Below, in pieces: positions 39,341-53,308 of a stretch of DNA of 64,000 bases. The notes under the pieces were generated by a model. That model searched no databases, had not been told where the DNA came from, and saw only the letters and a list, made by a program, of their open reading frames with translations. The stretch spans positions 902,797-966,796 of the forward strand of contig CM121342.1 in assembly GCA_051530055.1 (NCBI GenBank). The letters run 5' to 3'. This DNA comes from Neoechinorhynchus agilis. Its lineage: Eukaryota; Animalia; Acanthocephala. The position numbers were made by a program, and so were the translations under genes. Position 1 is the first letter of the stretch. Each line of letters opens with the position of its first letter.

Positions 39341-39499
39341 ACAAGGAATTCCTTTTCAGTAAGAAAACTTTTGCTGCTGTCCGTTTCCACCGCCTTTTGA
39401 TTTACAAGCATTCAATCACAATGATTCCGAGTTAGGACAGAGGGCAAGAACGATGTAAAGAAGGAAATGACAAATCTTGTTGAGGAAGATTAGAATGAC

Positions 39500-41730
39500 A
39501 GGATGACGACCGGTAATAGGAAAAGAAAAATCAATACCAATAGCGGTAAACGACTGACAAACAAAAGACCGAAGACTGTGAAGAAACAAATTCAGCTTAA
39601 TCTGTCAAACGAAGAAACTTTACGAACTCTTCGTTCCAAACATCCGAATGACGGCGGTCGGCAGTTTTTCGAATTATCCTCGTCCTTCGATACAATCCTT
39701 TATGTTTGATCATCGAAATCTGAAGTGAAGATGTCAATCTCCTCTTTTGCTAACGGATCAGCTCAAGGGCTTGACGGGCTGCGGCCCCAACACCTAAAAG
39801 ATATGACTTCCTTTTCAGTAGTTGACGCTGTCCATTCCCTAGAAAATGCATTGGCACCCCTAGTCGAACAATGTGCAGGGGGAAAGTTTATTCCGAAAGC
39901 AATTGAGCTATTTTTCGGCGCATATTTCTGTGCCCTCGCAAAAAAGGAAGGTGGGATTCGTCCCATTGCAATCGGAACAACTCTGCGCTGCTTAACCGCA
40001 AAAATGTTAACTAAAAGGATCGCGGAGAAAGTAGGGATGCTGCTTCGCCCTACTCAGGCTGCTATACACCTTGTGGCGCAGAGGCGATTGTTCATTCACT
40101 CCGCACGTTTATCACCGGAAACTCAAAACCGTGCGTGGTCTTCAAATGTTATCTCAAAAATGCATTCATCACAGTTCCCTGAGCAAATTTGCCCGAAATA
40201 ATTGGAGATCACGCACCAGACGCATTTCGCTATTTCGTTAATGCCTATGGGGCTTCAACTCCCTTGTACACTCGTGAAGGAGCCATCGAAAATTGGCATT
40301 AAATTGAATGCTCGGAAATGCGGGATTTTAGTGATGACCGTGGAAGATGAGACGGTCAGGCAAACTTTCTTGAGAGATTTTTAGAACCTGGCACCCGCGA
40401 TAGAATTTATAACTCAAGACCGCTTGAGTTTTCTACGAAGCTGCATTTTTGGTTCTAATGTTGAAACAGAGGTTGCCAAGCTTCAACCGCAACTTTCGGC
40501 GCTGTGCGAACGAGTTAATAAATTATCTTCACACGAGGCTCTATTCCTGATCAAGAACATCCTCTTCATTCCAAAATTGCTTTATAAGCAGATACAGCTA
40601 TCGGGCGAAGAGTGATGTCAAGCGTACTTGCCTGGGTCGTCCGGCGGTTTGGGTATTCGAAAAGCAGCCGATATTTTTCTGCCTGCTTATTTGGGATTAT
40701 ATAAAGCAAGTCGCAAAACAGCTCATTCCTTTCTTGGCGAGAATTACACTATGGATGAAGATTTCGTTGCGGCTCTTAATCTTTGATGTGGAGTTTCAGG
40801 CAGTGAGCAAGTACCCGTCAATGGTTGCAAACAATAAGTTTGGGATTCACTCCTGGGAGCAAGAATTCACAACTTTTTAATTTCAGATTCTCGTGACCTG
40901 GTGAACCAAACTCGATTGGCGGCAGTCTCTACAGGAGGATTGGGTGCTTGGCTCAACGCTCTTCCGAGCACTTCTGTGGGTACCCTTCTCCGACGAGACA
41001 GTAAGGATTGCAGTGTCCCTGAGACTTGAGGTACCGACATCCCATCGCTGCCATTGCGGAGCGACCGTGGAACCATCGGGGCGCCATGGTCTCGTCTGTC
41101 GGCAATCTGGCGGTAGGTACTTACGACATGCCGAAGTGAACGCAAATCATCGTCGTGGTCTGAATATTGGGAATGTACCCAACATTCTAGAGCCGGGCGA
41201 TCGTTGCCGCCTCGATGGCCGTAGACCGGACGGTGTTACAGTATTCCCGTGGCGAGAAGGAAAATGCGTTCTCTGCGACGCAGCCAGCAACATAAAGTTC
41301 GCTACTGTTAAACCAGGGGGAGCAGCAACCGTCGCTGAGGACCGCAAAAAGATCAAATACCGGGACTTGGGTCGAAATCATTATTTTGTTCCCTTTGGCG
41401 TCGAGACACTCGGGTCGTTTGGTGCCGCGGCGCAGGACCCGATCAAGCAATTGTCCAAGAGACAGACGAATCACTGGCGATCCAAGAACAGGGGCATTGT
41501 TCCCACAAAATATAAGTCTGGCTTTGCAAGCCGAAAACAGGATTTATATGGACTTATTTCCGAGAATGCATATTCCTTTTTGAGTGCATTCATAAAGCTT
41601 GGACGATGAAACCAGTTCACATTTTATTTCTTGTGAATAATAAGCGTTTTTAGCTTCAGCATCATATTTATAGATGAAAATTTCTCCTTTTCGAACGTAT
41701 TTTATTGAACGAAATAATTTTTCTTCTTTT
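39500..41730 (+). mobile_element. CRE-clade non-LTR retrotransposon (RT + Zn-knuckle/REL endonuclease), degenerate
   Basis: GLDGLRPQHLKD, GGIRPIAIGTTLR, CHCGATVEPSGRHGLVC, LEPGD..DGRRPDGVTVFPW, FVPFGVETLGS, TGDPR motifs; frameshifted. Confidence 0.88.
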
Positions 41731-43690
41731 ATTTTCGCTAATATGACTGAGATTTCCGTATCAAATCCATTGAATGGATTAGAAATATTATTTAGGTCTT
41801 CAACCGGTTATTAATTTTTTATCAAAGACGTTTCGAACCTCGTCTGGTTCACCGTCAGTTCTAAAATACAAATGGTTAAATATTTATTCTGCTCTCACAC
41901 GCGCTTATGGGCCAGCTCATTTTTAACCATGATACCTTCCATCGAATTCGAAATTTGTCACGCAAGCGAACTCAAGCAGACTCTTTAGATCTGTTCTAGT
42001 GTCGATTCTCCCCAATGGAGACACTGTTATAGAGGGAAACAATATCCATTGTACAATTCGTACATTTTTCCGAGATGTTGATCTCCCTCAGTTTCTCGAC
42101 GGATTACCTCGAATTTTTCAACTTGGTAGATACTTGTGATGTTGCTTCTGTCAAGCACCTAACCTAGAACGTTCCCAGATCGTAATTGAAACTGAAAATC
42201 ATTGATACGATCGGTCTTAGAGGACAGTTTTATTTGTGTATTTTTTGGCAGACCATACGTCTTGGGGATCCTTGGGTATATCTGTTTATATATTTCCCGG
42301 CTTAGCCATCCATTCTCTTTGTCCTGCTCCAGATGCTTTATAAGCTTGTTCGCCACCTTGTTCGAAGACAGCTTATCTTCATTAGTAAAGATATCTGTGT
42401 CTGATAGAATTACACCCAATTTTTGTTTGTAATCCTCTTTTCCACAGTTTTAGGAAAACAATTTCTTTTGTCATTTGTTTAAGCTCCTGTACTGCTCGAC
42501 TTTTATGCTTGGACAAGTTGCTACCATGCACTTTATGGCCAATGTCCGATAATTTCGTTTATTAATACACTGTTGAGAGAGCATTAATTACCTGCGACGT
42601 CGCCACATTTTCAACTGTGATTAAACCGATTTTTTACAATTGTTATGGCCGGCGATGAACGGAGTACTGACGAGTTCATGGAATATCTCAATCGCCAACA
42701 TCATTCAATCAAATTAACTATGAATAGGTCCGATGAAAATAGAAGGTTAATGTTTCTAGATGTATTGATTCAAAAAAATGAAACCCGAATTACTACATCG
42801 GTTTACAGAAAGAAGACCCAAAAAATAATTATATACTTTGGAATAGTGCTCATTGTAAAAGCACAAAAGTTGTTATAGAAGAGTGTCTCACCGAATTTTC
42901 AGCAAGTTGGAGGACACCAAAAGTGTGCTTACTTTAGCCCGAGAGCAAGTGGACCGTGCGAAGAACCCCCACTCGAACGAAAGAGCCGTGCACCCGAATC
43001 GAATTGACCTGCGCATTGGATTGCTCGACATGGGCCCACAAACCGACAGTGGCTAAATGAGATTTCGATGACAATCAAGAGAAGCGGTCTGCCAATAAAA
43101 TGCCTAATTTATTTTCGATTTTCTTTACTCAAAGGAAACCTCATTTTTCGGAAATGCCAGGAAGTAGAAAAGAAGGCTGTTGTCTACAAAGTTTCGTGTA
43201 GCCAATGGAACAGCAATTACTCCGGACAAACAGGCCGGAATCTAAAGACGAGATTGGCGGTACGTAAGCAACCCAAGACGAAGAAGATTACCCTTTTTGC
43301 GCTCAATCAAGGGGGACTTCTTTATCATCAAAGAACAGAAATCAAATATGAACGACTAACGAGGTTACAAATTCTGCCTTTATGGCCAACGAAATGTAAC
43401 AATACTATGCAGAATAACCATTTCATCAGTCGTTATTTAGAACTGATGATGAACCCTACGAGGTTCGAAGCGTTTTTAATAAAAAAAATTGCTTAACGGG
43501 TGAAGGCCTAAACAATACTTCTAATCGTAACCGCGGTCGAAGAAATCCATGGCGAATTTCGCTCGGTTTTCAGCTGAATTTTTGTTTAAATGAGCAACCG
43601 AAATCAATAGCGACATTTTTAAGCTTAGATAACAAAATTGACTATAATATTATGTTCACCGATTTTGTCGATATTTCGGCTCGGATCTTA
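41530..43690. mobile_element. Penelope-like composite relic, copy 2
   Basis: Near-identical to about 27660-29460 over 41729-43529, sharing most lesions; lacks the about 95-bp segment 29461-29553. Confidence 0.88.
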
Positions 43691-43950
43691 ACTACTAAAA
43701 ATTTTTTGGCTGCAGTGCTCATATGTAGGAAAATCATTGACATATTGCTTGTATTTTATACTTGAAGATTACTATCTGATAGCTTTACCGGGCTATTATG
43801 GAATAGACGTTTTTTTGGTTTGCAAAAGTAATTCTTTGTAATCAAGAATTTTGGGAAAGGGCGAAAATACTTGTTGTAAACAATGAGTGATTATGCGATT
43901 AGAGAAAAGATAATACTAAGAACACAAACGCAATATGCCGCTCGTTTTCA

Positions 43951-44178
43951 ATGAGTGCCGTTGAACGATTTAAAGTCCTTTTGAAGAAACAAAAACACGT
44001 TTATACTTGTTCGGCATATTTAATGATTGCGCTTGGCTTTTCATCTATCTTTGGCGGCTTTGATCAACTTGGATTTTTAAACCAAAACACCAACACCGAC
44101 TCTTATCTGAGTGCTTTCCTTGCCTTTGTCGTTTTCCTTTTTGGCATACCTGCAACTAAATTCGGCATACGTTATTGA
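43951..44178 (+). CDS. Small hydrophobic protein (two predicted TM helices), possibly the first exon of a larger gene
   Basis: 75-aa ORF with two hydrophobic stretches; no family recognised. Confidence 0.3.
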   Translation: MSAVERFKVLLKKQKHVYTCSAYLMIALGFSSIFGGFDQLGFLNQNTNTDSYLSAFLAFVVFLFGIPATKFGIRY

Positions 44179-45871
44179 AGCTCACATAATTTGATCCAAT
44201 CCATTTTTGGGGACGATGGGAGTTTTTATAGCGATCTAAGTACGTCGCCTCGAAGGGCGCTATTATTGTTTACCAACTACTTTTCGAAAAGAATTCATAA
44301 GTAAATACTTTAATATCTTACAAATCCATTTGTTTCTTGGAATTGCATCTTTTCTAATGACGTCCAAGAATATTTTGCAATGGCTGAAGTAGTTTAGTGA
44401 AATTTTCCCACGATTTTGAACATTCTACATAAAAGGTTTCTTTTAAAGCAATTGTTTCCCACATAAGATACTCTCAAAAAGCTTAAAAATTGGGCTTTTG
44501 GTCGATGATTTACCGCGGTTCATTCTGTCATCGATTGAGATACGGAATGTTGAACATTTGTAAATTCATTAGTTTAGGAAATTGAGAATTAAAACAATGA
44601 AAATATTTCCTTTATTCCAAAAGCGTGAATTTAAATTCCACCAAAATAATTTTCTGAAGCAATTGTGTTCAGGACAAGATATTCCTTAAAACATAGAAAA
44701 GTATTAACGGTGATGTAATGTTGAACTAGTTCGCTAGTTGAGCTACTAGCTGCTCAAAATTAAAAACATCATTTGTTAGTAGAAACGACTTTAAAGCTGT
44801 GAACATCAATTCGCTAAATTTACTTGGCTAAAAACAATGGTTTTAACACTTTTTCTAATATTTTACGTGAAAATGCGAATTTTTAACTTTTAATTGAAAC
44901 ATCACGGGTTTAGAAATTGATGTAGTGCTCATTATACCAGCCAGTTCAAATTATGTTCGTTGTTTTCATTCATATTGAGCAACGGAAATGCTATTACTTC
45001 ATTTGCGGTTTGTCTAGACATGATCAAAGATGGAGAAATGAGTCAAATTAATCGAACGCGATTATTGTCTTTTCCATTAAAAGACAATAATCGAACGCGA
45101 TTATTGTCTTTTAATGGAAAATTGGTACTTATTTTTTTTAAAAAGATGTTATAGATTGTTTTTGGTCTTATTGCTTAAAACACCAAACTAACTTGTGAAA
45201 CAATTGTCAGGTCCCACGCGCGTAGAGGACAAAATATTAAATAATTTTTCTTTATTTTGCCTTCCCCCCAAAAACTTACTTTTTTTTCACTTGGTATGTA
45301 TAGGAACGTTTAAGAGCGTTTAAGATTAGAGGCTTTCTATTGCCTTTTCTTTAAGGATCGATTTTGGATATATGAAATTTCCATAAATTTGTTCGCCTGA
45401 TATTTTGAGTTTTTACATGTTAAAATTCCGAAAAGATCGCAGCTCGAATTCCTGTCAAAAAAGGACGTATTTTTGCTTAACTTTATTATGCAAAACAAGA
45501 TTATTTTGCGCTCTCTCTGATAAGAGTGAATTCTTTGATTCAAAAGTGTCACAGTTAGAAATGCTGAAAAAGCGTTATTACATTTTTAGGACATCAAAGA
45601 GCACAATAATAAGATTATTTTTCATTATTTTGATTGTATGTAATCTTTTGTTGTATAACACGTCGAATTTTCTCATGGCATGGCCTCTCAAATTATGCAT
45701 GGATGTCAACCATCATTGCACGGGAGTGCCAACAGTATTGCATTTCTCGTTGCATGTGGATCGATAAGTTTGTGGGCTTATTATTTCTAACAGTGCGTCG
45801 AGGCATCACCATTTCAAAGCCAAGAGAAAGGGAAACGGAATTTCTCGGTTGTTCCTGTTTTTAGAAATAAA

Positions 45872-46983
45872 ATGTCACCGGATGAAAGTGAAACGTGTCC
45901 GGCATACGGTCTTGTGACATTGAACGTCGGAGGACATGAGTACATATTGGATATTGCAAGAGTTCGGTTAAGGTATTCGAGTTTCCGTTAAAGAAGGGGA
46001 TAATTTGCGACGTGAAACTCATTTGCCATAATGGAACCACATTCAATGCTAGCATCAATGTTTAGTGGAAGATTTTCTCATTCTAAGACGGGTAATGCAC
46101 ATTTTATCGATAGAGATGGTCCTACTTTTCGATACATCAATCAATACTTCAGGACTCGGCAATTGCCTAACGACGAAATTGCAGTTGATGTTCTAAGAGA
46201 AGCTCAATACTTTGGAATGGACAATATGATAAGACGTATGATGGACGAAATGCCTCTTTTGATCGCAACGTCACGTTATAATAGCTTTCAACACTATTTA
46301 TTCGATCCACAACTGGCTAAGAATTTCCAATCTTTTCTGGGTCGCCTAGTACACAAAGCAGCATTTCCGGATTTCGGTAAATCATCTAAATCATCGGATC
46401 TTTTTTAGTGGCAAATGCTTCGTCCATAAAAAGAATCGCATGATATCATGAATCATCGAGAGTTGAAAGTATTGAACGAAGTTCAGTGATTCTCACGATG
46501 GAACATCCACCTGTAGGTCGTTGTCTTTTTGGACCCATTATTTGCTTTAATTGTCATGTAATTCAAGTAAATGCCGATCACGTTTGTAGATTTGAAGGAA
46601 GATTAACCGATTTCGAAGTGTCATCCGCAAAGTGTCGCGAAACGAGTCTAGAAAGTCATAATTCTGAGGCTCAAACGCTTGAGTTCGTTGATTCTGCGAG
46701 TATGTACCATGAGTTTCAACGACAGACGGACTATATTGTTGCCAGGCTTCAAGCGGTTGGTTATTGCGTTTCTAAGACTTTAATCTCTTGTTCGTTCACC
46801 GGAATGTGCGCGAATTGCATGCAGTCGCGTCTTTATACCGCTGAAGGATTTCTCGCTCCACGAAAATGCATGAACGAAGCATGTTTCTTAGAGTTCAATT
46901 GGGGACAAATCTTAAAGAAACAGAGTGGTCAATGTAGACAATTATGTGATGATTGGGATTCGTTGAAGATCATGAAAGGATAA
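45872..46983 (+). CDS. KCTD-type BTB/POZ (T1) protein with a Cys-rich C-terminal part; two atypical junctions
   Basis: LVTLNVGGHEY...EPHSMLASMFSGR...HFIDRDGPTFRYINQYFRT...VLREAQYFGM. The frame is interrupted at 45969-46032 and 46377-46462. Confidence 0.8.
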
Positions 46984-47748
46984 AATGTGCGCGGTGAGAG
47001 TGTTGATCAACTCTTATGAACGTTTATAAACTTACCTTAAGCAGAAGAAATAGAATTCACAAGGTACAATGAATATAAACTTTTAATTTATCGATCAAGG
47101 TTTTAAAGCAGCCTGTTCTGTACTATGTTTAAAATGGGTTGTTTCGGTTTAAATTAACTGACGCAAAACTTGAATGTGTTAACAAAAATTATAAAAATGA
47201 TTCAAGGTTTTAAAGTTTAATCTGATGCGTTCAAAAAATAGGGGAATTTGTCCTTAAAATACTTGAACGTTATCTTCGACTGGGTTATCATGCTATTACT
47301 GCGTAAATGTTTGATTCTTATTTTTTACAGTAATAAATTTGAGCCCTTAAAGTCGGCCGAAAACGACGGTCAATTTTTACTGTGTTCTAAATATAAAATT
47401 CTGTAAAAACGAATTATAATTCCAGTGTGCATCACGAAAAATTGTCTGCTATAGAAAGTTTAGGTTGTTTTTAAGATCTCCAAAAGATTTTTGTTTCATA
47501 ACAAAATAAAATCACCGTAAAATTTGTTTTTGAATATGAACTCCAATGGTAAATCACGTTCCCTAAACAAAAACCCTTTAGATCCCGTATTGATAACCAC
47601 ATATCACCGTATCGAATTGATTTGTTCACTCCGCGTGCATATATATTGATCGCCATCGCTCAATAAGACTTTATCGGTCCTATTTTCACTCCATACAGCT
47701 AAGTGCTTTGATCACCGCCAACTTTTCTTGTGAACTAAGACTCAATCG

Positions 47749-48069
47749 ATGAGACACAATCGCAGAAGATATCACCATAGACCGGAACTCATTTTTAACG
47801 CACAACTGAAACCATTCGGTAATGTAGGAGTATCCGATACGATTGAACAATTTTGGCCGTTACCGTTTGAGCACTCGAAAGCGCGAATGGACGAAAAGAC
47901 CAAAGCGGAGGAACTCGAGCTTCGAATGAGATGCTACAGAGACTATTTCAATGAAGAAATTAAAAAGGTTGCGTGCTACGTGGCCGCAATGTCCCTCTAT
48001 CGGATGGATCCATTTCTATATTCTAGAATTAGACCGACAATATCGTACGGAACATTCATCGTTAGTTAG
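47749..48069 (+). CDS. Hypothetical protein
   Basis: 106-aa ORF with protein-like composition; no family recognised. Confidence 0.3.
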   Translation: MRHNRRRYHHRPELIFNAQLKPFGNVGVSDTIEQFWPLPFEHSKARMDEKTKAEELELRMRCYRDYFNEEIKKVACYVAAMSLYRMDPFLYSRIRPTISYGTFIVS

Positions 48070-50269
48070 ATAATTGAGGTTTCTTGATTTAGTAAAAGAA
48101 ATTTTTTAGCGATAGTTGGGCTTATTCATTTTGCAAGTTTTCTATGTGCTTAATAATCTTAACGGGTTTTTAATGCGTCATTTATTAGCAAGCTAAATCA
48201 TTTAAAGATGCATTTAGAAATTTAACAAAAATGCAATTATTCAATGATTTAAAATTGTTGACATTGGAAATGGAATTCATTCTTACCTTTCTTAGCATCC
48301 AGCATATCCGTTTTAAGTTCCCACTAAGACGAATCACTCATACGTTTAAGAAATCCGCAGAATGTGATTACCGAATCTATTGTAAATTCCTTAGATTCGA
48401 TGACTCATGTATAAAATAACGTCTTCCATAAGATTTTCAAGAAATGTAAATGAATGAACTCATAACCGATAGTTTTTATAATATCCGTACAAAAAATAAC
48501 TCGAAAGCTAAAAAGACGAGTTGTATTTTAGCCGAACAACATCTAGATGAACATTGTGCTTTAAAAGTAAAACGATCATTCCCACTGCTATCCAGTACAT
48601 GGCACCAAAGCAAAATGCACGTAGGCAATGTTTAAGAGCGATTTGTGAGTGCCGTGCAGCCATCTGAGGCCAATATATGGCACTCTGCTGATCGCTGAGT
48701 TCCAATGCCATGAGCGAATGAAGTAGTGCTCGTTGTCCGTACAAAGGGAAAATGAGCATTGCCAATGCGGAAATCGCTATATGCGATAGAATTGGGCGGA
48801 CTGGAAGGCAGTAGAAATTGTTCATTCAACGTTAAAACACAAGGGTTTAAAGAAATTGGGTATGTTGTCATGGAGATTTTTGAATTATATGGAAAACATC
48901 GTATTGGAAAGTCCCAAGAAATCCCGCTTTTGGACGAGTTTTGACGAAATTTGGAAAACAAAGCGAATGTTTGGAAAAAAGTTTCGCTCAAAAGAACTGT
49001 ATCAAGCAATGGAGTCGGCGATTTAATCGTAAATTAAAAATATCAAAACCAGCATTACGCTTTATTTATCACAAACGCTTCCGCGAACTCAAAACCAATT
49101 TAGCGACTTGGTATAATTAAATAGATAAAAATACACTTCCAGGGCAAGAAATTTATTGAGGCAATTTATGAAGATTTGGATTGTTTATAAATTTAATACA
49201 GTAAAAGTGTTAAGTTTGAGTTGGCCAATAAAATAGCAAAACCTTAGTTTAGGAGATTCAACGTTAATCCCACGTAATAATCTTTAATGTTTTTGTAAGC
49301 ACATAAAATCGAACGCGAATTATTAAGCACATTTTATTATTGAAAAGAGAAGAGGAACAATGCACCTCTGGTCCGCGTGAACACTTCAGTTCTGAAAGGT
49401 TAAATGAATGTGGCTATTGATTTTGGAGGAAAGTTGGTGGTTATTGTTTGCAGGAGAATTTGTGAGGTGGGGTCTTTCCTTCGATTCATTTCGGATCATG
49501 AAATCCGAGAAGATTGGGTAGTATGGAAAAGGGAGCGGAGGTAGAGGATGGATGAAATGAATTGGGATTTCGAGCGTTGTGCTCGTGTGAAAAGGAGAAC
49601 AAAAAATGTTGTGGTAGGGTTGAGAGGCGTTTTGATTGTTTGGTGAAATCAATGACGTAATGAGAATTTTGTTCCAGAATCGTCAAAAAATTAAAAAATC
49701 TATACTAAAGTTTCATGATCAAAATGGTGGTGATATTAGCAATCGATCCATATTTTTTTCAGAAAACTAGACCGACATTCAGGATTATTAACAAAACACA
49801 TTTTGCAAGGACGTCAACTACCTTTCTGGCTCCTTGATGAAAGATCATTGTGTAGAACAAAGAAGTGTTAAAGTTTGACGTTAAGAATATTAGATTTCTT
49901 TTCATATCACTGTATTTATCATGACTACCAAGCCGACATCTTAATTTTTATTTACGATCATTGAGGTGGACCTCATATTTTTGTGACGAACAAATTTTAA
50001 CGCACAGAACATAAGATCACTTCTTTTGAAACCGCCCATTACAGTTAATAAATTAAAGAATGTCGAACATACAGAAATTTTTCCGGTAATGAAAATAGAA
50101 ATATGTTAAGCATTTTAATACATGAAAAGTAAAAGTACTACTTTTTTGACCTGCAATCATTTTCATTGATTAAAAGAAATACTAGCACTATATGTTTGGC
50201 GCTCTAATTTCACGACTAAGAATCCAACGAAAATCATACACACATAACCATTTTCACACTCGAACATTT

Positions 50270-52539
50270 TTACAATTCATCCCCAATGGATGCTTTATGC
50301 GACTCAAAATGCCGCTCTTTTTCCACGTCCATTATTAGATACTCCACCCGCTGAGGAACCCTTTTGCATCCCGAACTTGAGAAGAGATGGAGTTTTTCAG
50401 GTACAAAGATGATTTCGTCCAGAACATCGAGAATAAAATTCGACTGTTGAGCCGGGGACTTGAATAGATGAGTATAGTTGCGAACGAGTAGATAGTCGAC
50501 GATACACTGTTTGAGATGATCCCGTTCCAACGGGAGAAAGGGTATTATGAAGGTCAAAAGATCACGTTGGATAAGTTCAGTGTGCCACAGACCGCCTGTT
50601 TTGGAATTCGAGTAAGGAATACGCTGATACAAACGTATTCCAACCTGCTTCATTAAATACAGAATTAGCCAATAATTTTTCGAGATTTTTAATTGTGAAT
50701 AAACGTCGATCGATTCCTCGTTTCCAGGCGTTCATGGTGAAGTTTGTGATAGTTCGTTCACCACTATTACTGCCAAACACAAAAAGAAACTTATGATCAT
50801 TAGGATCAAACACTACTGATCACATACCTGAGAAAGATGAACACAGCCCGAGTGAAATCGATTTTTGCATTGTTTTGACTTAAAAGACGTAGTTCGTCTG
50901 TGTTAAAATCAAGAAACGAAGTGATTGTATCTATCAAATGAATCGGCATTTTGTCGATTTCATCGAAAATAAACAATCCGTAACGACATCGCTTCAACCG
51001 TTGTCTAATTTCGCGATCAATTATCTCCTATAATCAATAAAAAAACACGATAATTAGATGCTGTAAAGATCCAGTAACACTGACCCTGTATTGGGCAAGA
51101 TGGTGTTCATCGCTGTGTGGAAAATCACGAGATGCTACAAAATAGTGAACGAAATTGCTTTCCATTCCCAAATAGAACAAATGATTGGCTACCATACGAG
51201 CAACATAACTCTTTCCTTTGAAACAAAAAACCGTAAGTTAAGCTAAACACAGCAACGTCTTTTAAAAAGAGAAAACTTAGCAACGACCGTTGTGAATTTT
51301 AAAATAACTATGCACAATATTTAGAAGGAAAAACGAAATTAGTAAATTGTTTTATTGAGAAAAATAGAATTTTTGATAATATTGAATGGAAGAGCTTAAA
51401 TAGCGCAAATTATGTCCAGAAGACTGACTAAAAAACAATTAGAATGCCAAATGGATTGATATTTTTGATATTCTTCGCATCTTGGTTTTTTTGCTAATTA
51501 ACTTTTTAGATCTTTTGCAAAAATAGCTTCCAAAACAAAAACATTGGTTCAAATATCATGGGGGTAAAATTTGTACTTTTGCTAAAGAATAAAACCTACT
51601 AATTAAGAAACAAAATTAAACTATGAAATCCAGTTTCAATTCTGCTAAAGAATAAAACCTACTAATTAAGAAACAAAATTAAACTATGAAATCCAGTTTG
51701 AATTCTATTGCACATGCGAGATAGAGTGTAGTCATCACTTCAAGTATACTACGGATTTTAACTTTTGTTTGAAAGATAGAGTATGAGTAAATTGTGGAAA
51801 CATATCTACAATCTCAAGTTTTCTACAGACTACAACTTTTAGATGTTTCATAGGATAAAAATTTTATGCAGTGCGAATTGAGCGACAGACTTTATCTATA
51901 ATCTCGGGTTTCTTAATTATTGAAACTTGTGGTTATAATTTCTACGTATTACATTTGAGATATTTTCTAGTTGGCCGAGAAACGTTTTCAATGATATCGG
52001 ATTTTAACTGTTTGTATCCCGGAAATAAGTAAAAATCCCTGTCTTAAGAGAAAAGATTTCTATCGTTTCCTGTTAAAAATTCAGCCTTCGCCCTTAAGCG
52101 ATAATGTTATATGAAGAAGAAATATGCAAACTCTGCATCTCACTTACCTACTCCTGTTGGTCCATGAAATGCTAGAGCTAGTGCTCTACTAGTCGGCGAT
52201 TTAAAATGAGACTCGAGAGCTTTTACGACAACATCATTGACCAGTGGTTGACCGTACAGTCGCTGATTGAATTCCATTGTAAGACCTTGGAAAACAACAT
52301 TTCGTATAACGATTTTATGAACAACTTTTTCGAACCGCTGTGATTAAAATCAATGCAAGGTCGTGAGCATCGTTCATACATTCTGCACGAATATCTGTGG
52401 AAATCTAAATGAAGCTTTTGAAATTGTTTAGGCGATGTTGATGATAAAACAAACGATTTGAATATTTGAGAAACTTATTGGTATTCCATTCAAGGGTTTG
52501 TATTTCAACAAAGGTAACGAATACGGCCCAAATTAACAT
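50270..52539 (-). CDS. TOR1: Torsin family AAA+ ATPase, 6 exons
   Basis: Signal peptide, LYGQPL, LAFHGPTGVGKSY, FVASRDFPH, LFIFDEIDKMP, AVFIFLSNSG, FIPFLPLER, FSSSGCKRV, C-terminal DEL. All introns GT-AG. Confidence 0.92.
51581..51706. repeat. Tandem duplication, 63-bp unit x2, in a Torsin intron
   Basis: GCTAAAGAATAAAACCTAC...CCAGTTT(C/G)AATTCT occurs twice. Confidence 0.9.
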
Positions 52540-53308
52540 GGATTATCGAATTATACAATTATGCACATATATCTGAAATCTACACGAAATTAGAAGCGCT
52601 GCAGATTCATCTCCAAGAGAAACAACAATTTTTGCACTATTGATAAACAATGCGCTTAAATGTCTTGAACGAAGAATTCAATCTAACCAAAACAAAATCC
52701 AATATCTAGCCAAGCGATTTTAAGGTGTGGTTTAGACAATCGATTCCATGGACACAGAAATACAACGGAAGAATTCCAAACAACGTGAAAATCGTACATT
52801 CTTCGGAATGATGAAGTTTGTGATGCACTTTTTCCCAAAAGCAACCTTGATAAAGGCACGAGTTTGTGCTGAAATATCGGATTTAATAAATAGATTACGT
52901 CAAATTGAAATATATTTTATGCGGGATTATGACAGACGAATGAGGAGGTTCTGAAAAATTGAGTTTGTCACTAAGAAAAGTAATAACTTTGCTATTTTTG
53001 TCTAAAAACGCGCAGTGACGTCATCAAAGTTTATTCAGTAAAGAACGATATTGTCCTTGACGATATTTGAAAAAAAGAGGTTTGCGCATTTTTATAAACC
53101 ATGATTCTTTGTCGTCACTTGTTTCGTCAACCGCGTCGAATTTCTTTCGTTTTAAAAGTAGTTAAAGATACACAATGGGGAAGGATCACAGTTTCCTTCG
53201 GAAGTAAAATCGACGATTCAGTGTCGCCGTTGTTCTCTAAGAAAACCTCCTTCGATCGCACGGTAACAATAATCTTTTGATAAGAACAGTCTATGCAAGC
53301 GAGCGACT

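Noticed and set aside
53017-53024. TGACGTCA palindrome upstream of Torsin as an ATF/CREB site
   Set aside because: A single 8-mer is expected by chance in 64 kb; no independent support.
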